Source: a virus
Taxonomy: Duplodnaviria > Heunggongvirae > Uroviricota > Caudoviricetes
IMG/VR virus record: IMGVR_UViG_2563366985_000002
Coordinates: 1 to 42,848 of that record
Direction: 5' to 3' (one strand)
Length of the DNA: 42,848 nucleotides
Shown: piece by piece, positions 40,414-42,848 of the stretch
How the letters are laid out: the number at the start of each line of letters is the position of its first letter
Position numbering within the stretch: position 1 is the stretch's first letter
Position numbers and translations under genes: made by a program
The notes under the pieces: model-generated
What the model saw: only the letters and a program-made list of their open reading frames with translations
What the model was told of the DNA's origin: nothing
Database searches by the model: none

Positions 40414-41157
40414 ATGACAGAGACAGAATCAGCGATTCTGGCGCACGCCCGGCGATGTGCGCCAGCGGAGTCGTGCGGCTTCGTGGTGAGAACGTCGGAA
40501 GGGGAAAGATATTTTCCCTGCGTGAATATCTCCGGTGAGCCGGAGGATTATTTCCAGATGGCTCCGGAGGACTGGCTGCGGGCAGAGATGCAGGGTGAGA
40601 TTGTGGCGCTGGTCCACAGCCACCCCGGTGGCCTGCCCTGGCTGAGTGAGGCTGACCGGCGGCTGCAGGTGCAGAGTGATTTGCCATGGTGGCTGGTCTG
40701 CCGGGGGGCGATTCATAAATTCCGCTGTGTGCCGCATCTTACCGGGCGGCGCTTTGAGCACGGGGTGACGGATTGTTACACGCTGTTCCGGGACGCTTAC
40801 CATCTGGCGGGGATTGAGATGCCGGATTTTCATCGCGAGGATGACTGGTGGCGTAACGGCCAGAATCTCTATCTGGATAATCTGGAGGCCACAGGGCTGT
40901 ATCAGGTGCCGTTGTCATCAGCACAACCGGGTGATGTGCTGCTGTGCTGTTTTGGTTCATCGGTGCCGAATCATGCCGCCATTTACTGTGGTGACGGCGA
41001 GCTGCTGCACCATATTCCTGAACAACTGAGTAAACGAGAGAGGTATACCGACAAATGGCAGCGACGCACACACTCCCTCTGGCGTCACCGGGCATGGCGC
41101 GAATCTGCCTTTACGGGGATTTACAACGATTTGGCCGCCGCATCGACCTGCGTGTGA
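40414..41157 (+). CDS. K: Tail assembly protein K (JAB/MPN plus NlpC/P60-like domains)
   Basis: 247 aa; JAMM-like HSHPGG motif; lambda gpK-like position. Confidence 0.8.
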   Translation: MTETESAILAHARRCAPAESCGFVVRTSEGERYFPCVNISGEPEDYFQMAPEDWLRAEMQGEIVALVHSHPGGLPWLSEADRRLQVQSDLPWWLVCRGAIHKFRCVPHLTGRRFEHGVTDCYTLFRDAYHLAGIEMPDFHREDDWWRNGQNLYLDNLEATGLYQVPLSSAQPGDVLLCCFGSSVPNHAAIYCGDGELLHHIPEQLSKRERYTDKWQRRTHSLWRHRAWRESAFTGIYNDLAAASTCV

Positions 41158-41702
41158 AAACGGGGGCCGAAGCAGTCCGGGCGCTGACCACACAGCTTCC
41201 GGCGTTTCGTCAGAAACTGAGCGACGGCTGGTATCAGGTACGCATTGCCGGGCGTGATGCAGGTGAAACTGAATTATCAGCCCGTCTTAATGAACCGCTG
41301 GCAAATGGTGCCGTGATCCACATTGTGCCGCGTCTGGCGGGAGCCAAAAGTGGCGGTCTTTTTCAGGCTGTGCTGGGGGCGGCGCTGATTGCGGTGGCAT
41401 GGTGGAACCCTGCAGGTTGGTTGGGGGCTGCCGCAATTACAGGAATGTATGGTGCGGGGGCCAGTATGGTGCTCGGTGGTGTGGCGCAGATGCTGGCACC
41501 GAAAGCCAGAACTCCCCGTACACAGACAACGGATAACGGCAAACAGAACACCTATTTCTCCTCACTGGATAACATGGTTGCCCAGGGCAATGTTCTGCCG
41601 GTTCTGTACGGTGAAATGCGCGTGGGGTCACGGGTGATTTCGCAGGAGATCAGCACGGCAGATGAAGGAGATGGTGGTCAGGTTGTGGTGATTGGTCGTT
41701 GA
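41055..41702 (+). CDS. I: Tail assembly protein I (lambda-like)
   Basis: Begins MAATHTLPLASPGMARICLYGDLQRFGRRIDLRVKTGAEAVRAL..., recognised as lambda gpI; overlaps K as in lambda. Confidence 0.8.
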   Translation: MAATHTLPLASPGMARICLYGDLQRFGRRIDLRVKTGAEAVRALTTQLPAFRQKLSDGWYQVRIAGRDAGETELSARLNEPLANGAVIHIVPRLAGAKSGGLFQAVLGAALIAVAWWNPAGWLGAAAITGMYGAGASMVLGGVAQMLAPKARTPRTQTTDNGKQNTYFSSLDNMVAQGNVLPVLYGEMRVGSRVISQEISTADEGDGGQVVVIGR

Positions 41703-41762
41703 TGCAGAATGTTTTGTGTGAAACCGCCTCAGGGCGGTTTTGTCGTTTCTGGAGCGTGAGGA

Positions 41763-42848
41763 ATGGGTAAAGGCAGCAGTAAGGGGCATACCCCGCGCGA
41801 AGCGAAGGACAACCTGAAATCATCCCAGATGCTGAGCGTGATAGACGCCATCAGTGAAGGGCCGATTGAAGGTCCGGTGGACGGATTAAAAAGTGTGCTG
41901 CTGAACAGTACGCCGGTGCTGGACAGTGAGGGGAATACCAATATCTCCGGTGTCACGGTGGTGTTCCGGGCAGGTGAGCAGGAGCAGACACCGCCGGAGG
42001 GATTTGAATCCTCCGGCTCCGAGACGGTGCTGGGTACGGAAGTGAAGTACGACACGCCGATTACCCGGACCATCACGTCTGCAAACATCGACCGTCTGCG
42101 CTTTACCTTCGGTGTGCAGGCACTGGTGGAAACCACCTCAAAGGGGGACCGGAATCCGTCGGAAGTCCGCCTGCTGGTTCAGATACAGCGTAACGGTGGC
42201 TGGGTGACGGAAAAAGACATCACCATTAAAGGCAAAACCACCTCGCAGTATCTGGCCTCGGTGGTGGTGGATAACCTGCCGCCGCGCCCGTTTAATATCC
42301 GGATGCGCAGGATGACGCCGGACAGCACCACAGACCAGCTGCAGAACAAAACGCTCTGGTCGTCATACACCGAAATCATCGATGTGAAACAGTGCTACCC
42401 GAACACGGCACTGGTCGGCGTACAGGTGGACTCGGAGCAGTTCGGCAGCCAGCAGGTGAGTCGTAATTATCATCTTCGCGGGCGCATTCTGCAGGTGCCG
42501 TCGAACTATAACCCGCAGACGCGACAATACAGCGGTATCTGGGACGGAACGTTTAAGCCAGCATACAGCAACAACATGGCCTGGTGTCTGTGGGATATGC
42601 TGACCCACCCGCGCTACGGCATGGGAAAACGTCTTGGTGCGTCGGATGTGGATAAATGGGCGCTGTATGTCATCGGCCAGAATTGCGACCAGTCGGTGCC
42701 GGACGGCTTTGGCGGCACGGAGCCGCGCATCGCCTGTAATGCGTACCTGACCACACAGCGCAAGGCCTGGGATGTGCTCAGTGATTTCTGCTCGGCGATG
42801 CGCTGTATGCCGGTATGGAACGGGCAGACGCTGACGTTCGTGCAGGAC
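41763..42848 (+). CDS. J: Tail tip/host specificity protein J, N-terminal part (truncated by window end)
   Basis: Open frame from MGKGSSKGHTPREAKDNLKSSQMLSVIDAISEGPIEGPVDGLK... to the window end, recognised as near-identical to lambda gpJ; missing from the ORF track because no stop is reached. Confidence 0.9.
   Translation, partial: MGKGSSKGHTPREAKDNLKSSQMLSVIDAISEGPIEGPVDGLKSVLLNSTPVLDSEGNTNISGVTVVFRAGEQEQTPPEGFESSGSETVLGTEVKYDTPITRTITSANIDRLRFTFGVQALVETTSKGDRNPSEVRLLVQIQRNGGWVTEKDITIKGKTTSQYLASVVVDNLPPRPFNIRMRRMTPDSTTDQLQNKTLWSSYTEIIDVKQCYPNTALVGVQVDSEQFGSQQVSRNYHLRGRILQVPSNYNPQTRQYSGIWDGTFKPAYSNNMAWCLWDMLTHPRYGMGKRLGASDVDKWALYVIGQNCDQSVPDGFGGTEPRIACNAYLTTQRKAWDVLSDFCSAMRCMPVWNGQTLTFVQD

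Noticed and set aside
41729-42608. Minus-strand ORFs of 135, 66 and 81 aa
   Set aside because: Antisense to the open reading frame of tail protein J, which is recognisable and simply lacks a stop inside the window.

Overview
This window is the early-to-tail portion of a Rac-type lambdoid prophage of Escherichia coli, read by eye from the ORF translations and sequence (no searches run). Minus-strand left arm: integrase (intR), excisionase, ydaC, ralR (Lar), recT, recE, racC, ydaE, kilR. Immunity region: sieB, ydaF/ydaG, the racR repressor flanked by two near-identical TTGACA promoter/operator modules, then ydaS-ydaT and the replication genes ydaU-ydaV-ydaW. An AT-rich cargo island sits in the nin-equivalent region and is the main candidate for a novel system: a 560-aa DUF262/DUF1524 (GmrSD-like) nuclease beside an unknown 349-aa TPR-tailed protein, flanked by a hok-family toxin with an IS186 copy (target duplication visible) inserted 12 bp past its stop. 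Downstream are nin-type genes, a Q-like gene, two tRNAs, a holin/SAR-endolysin/Rz/Rz1 lysis cassette, trkG, a ParB-like nuclease plus unknown 310-aa protein, terminase, portal, head genes and a lambda-like tail module (frameshifted chaperone, tape measure, M, L, K, I, J truncated at the window end). No CRISPR array or rRNA was seen.
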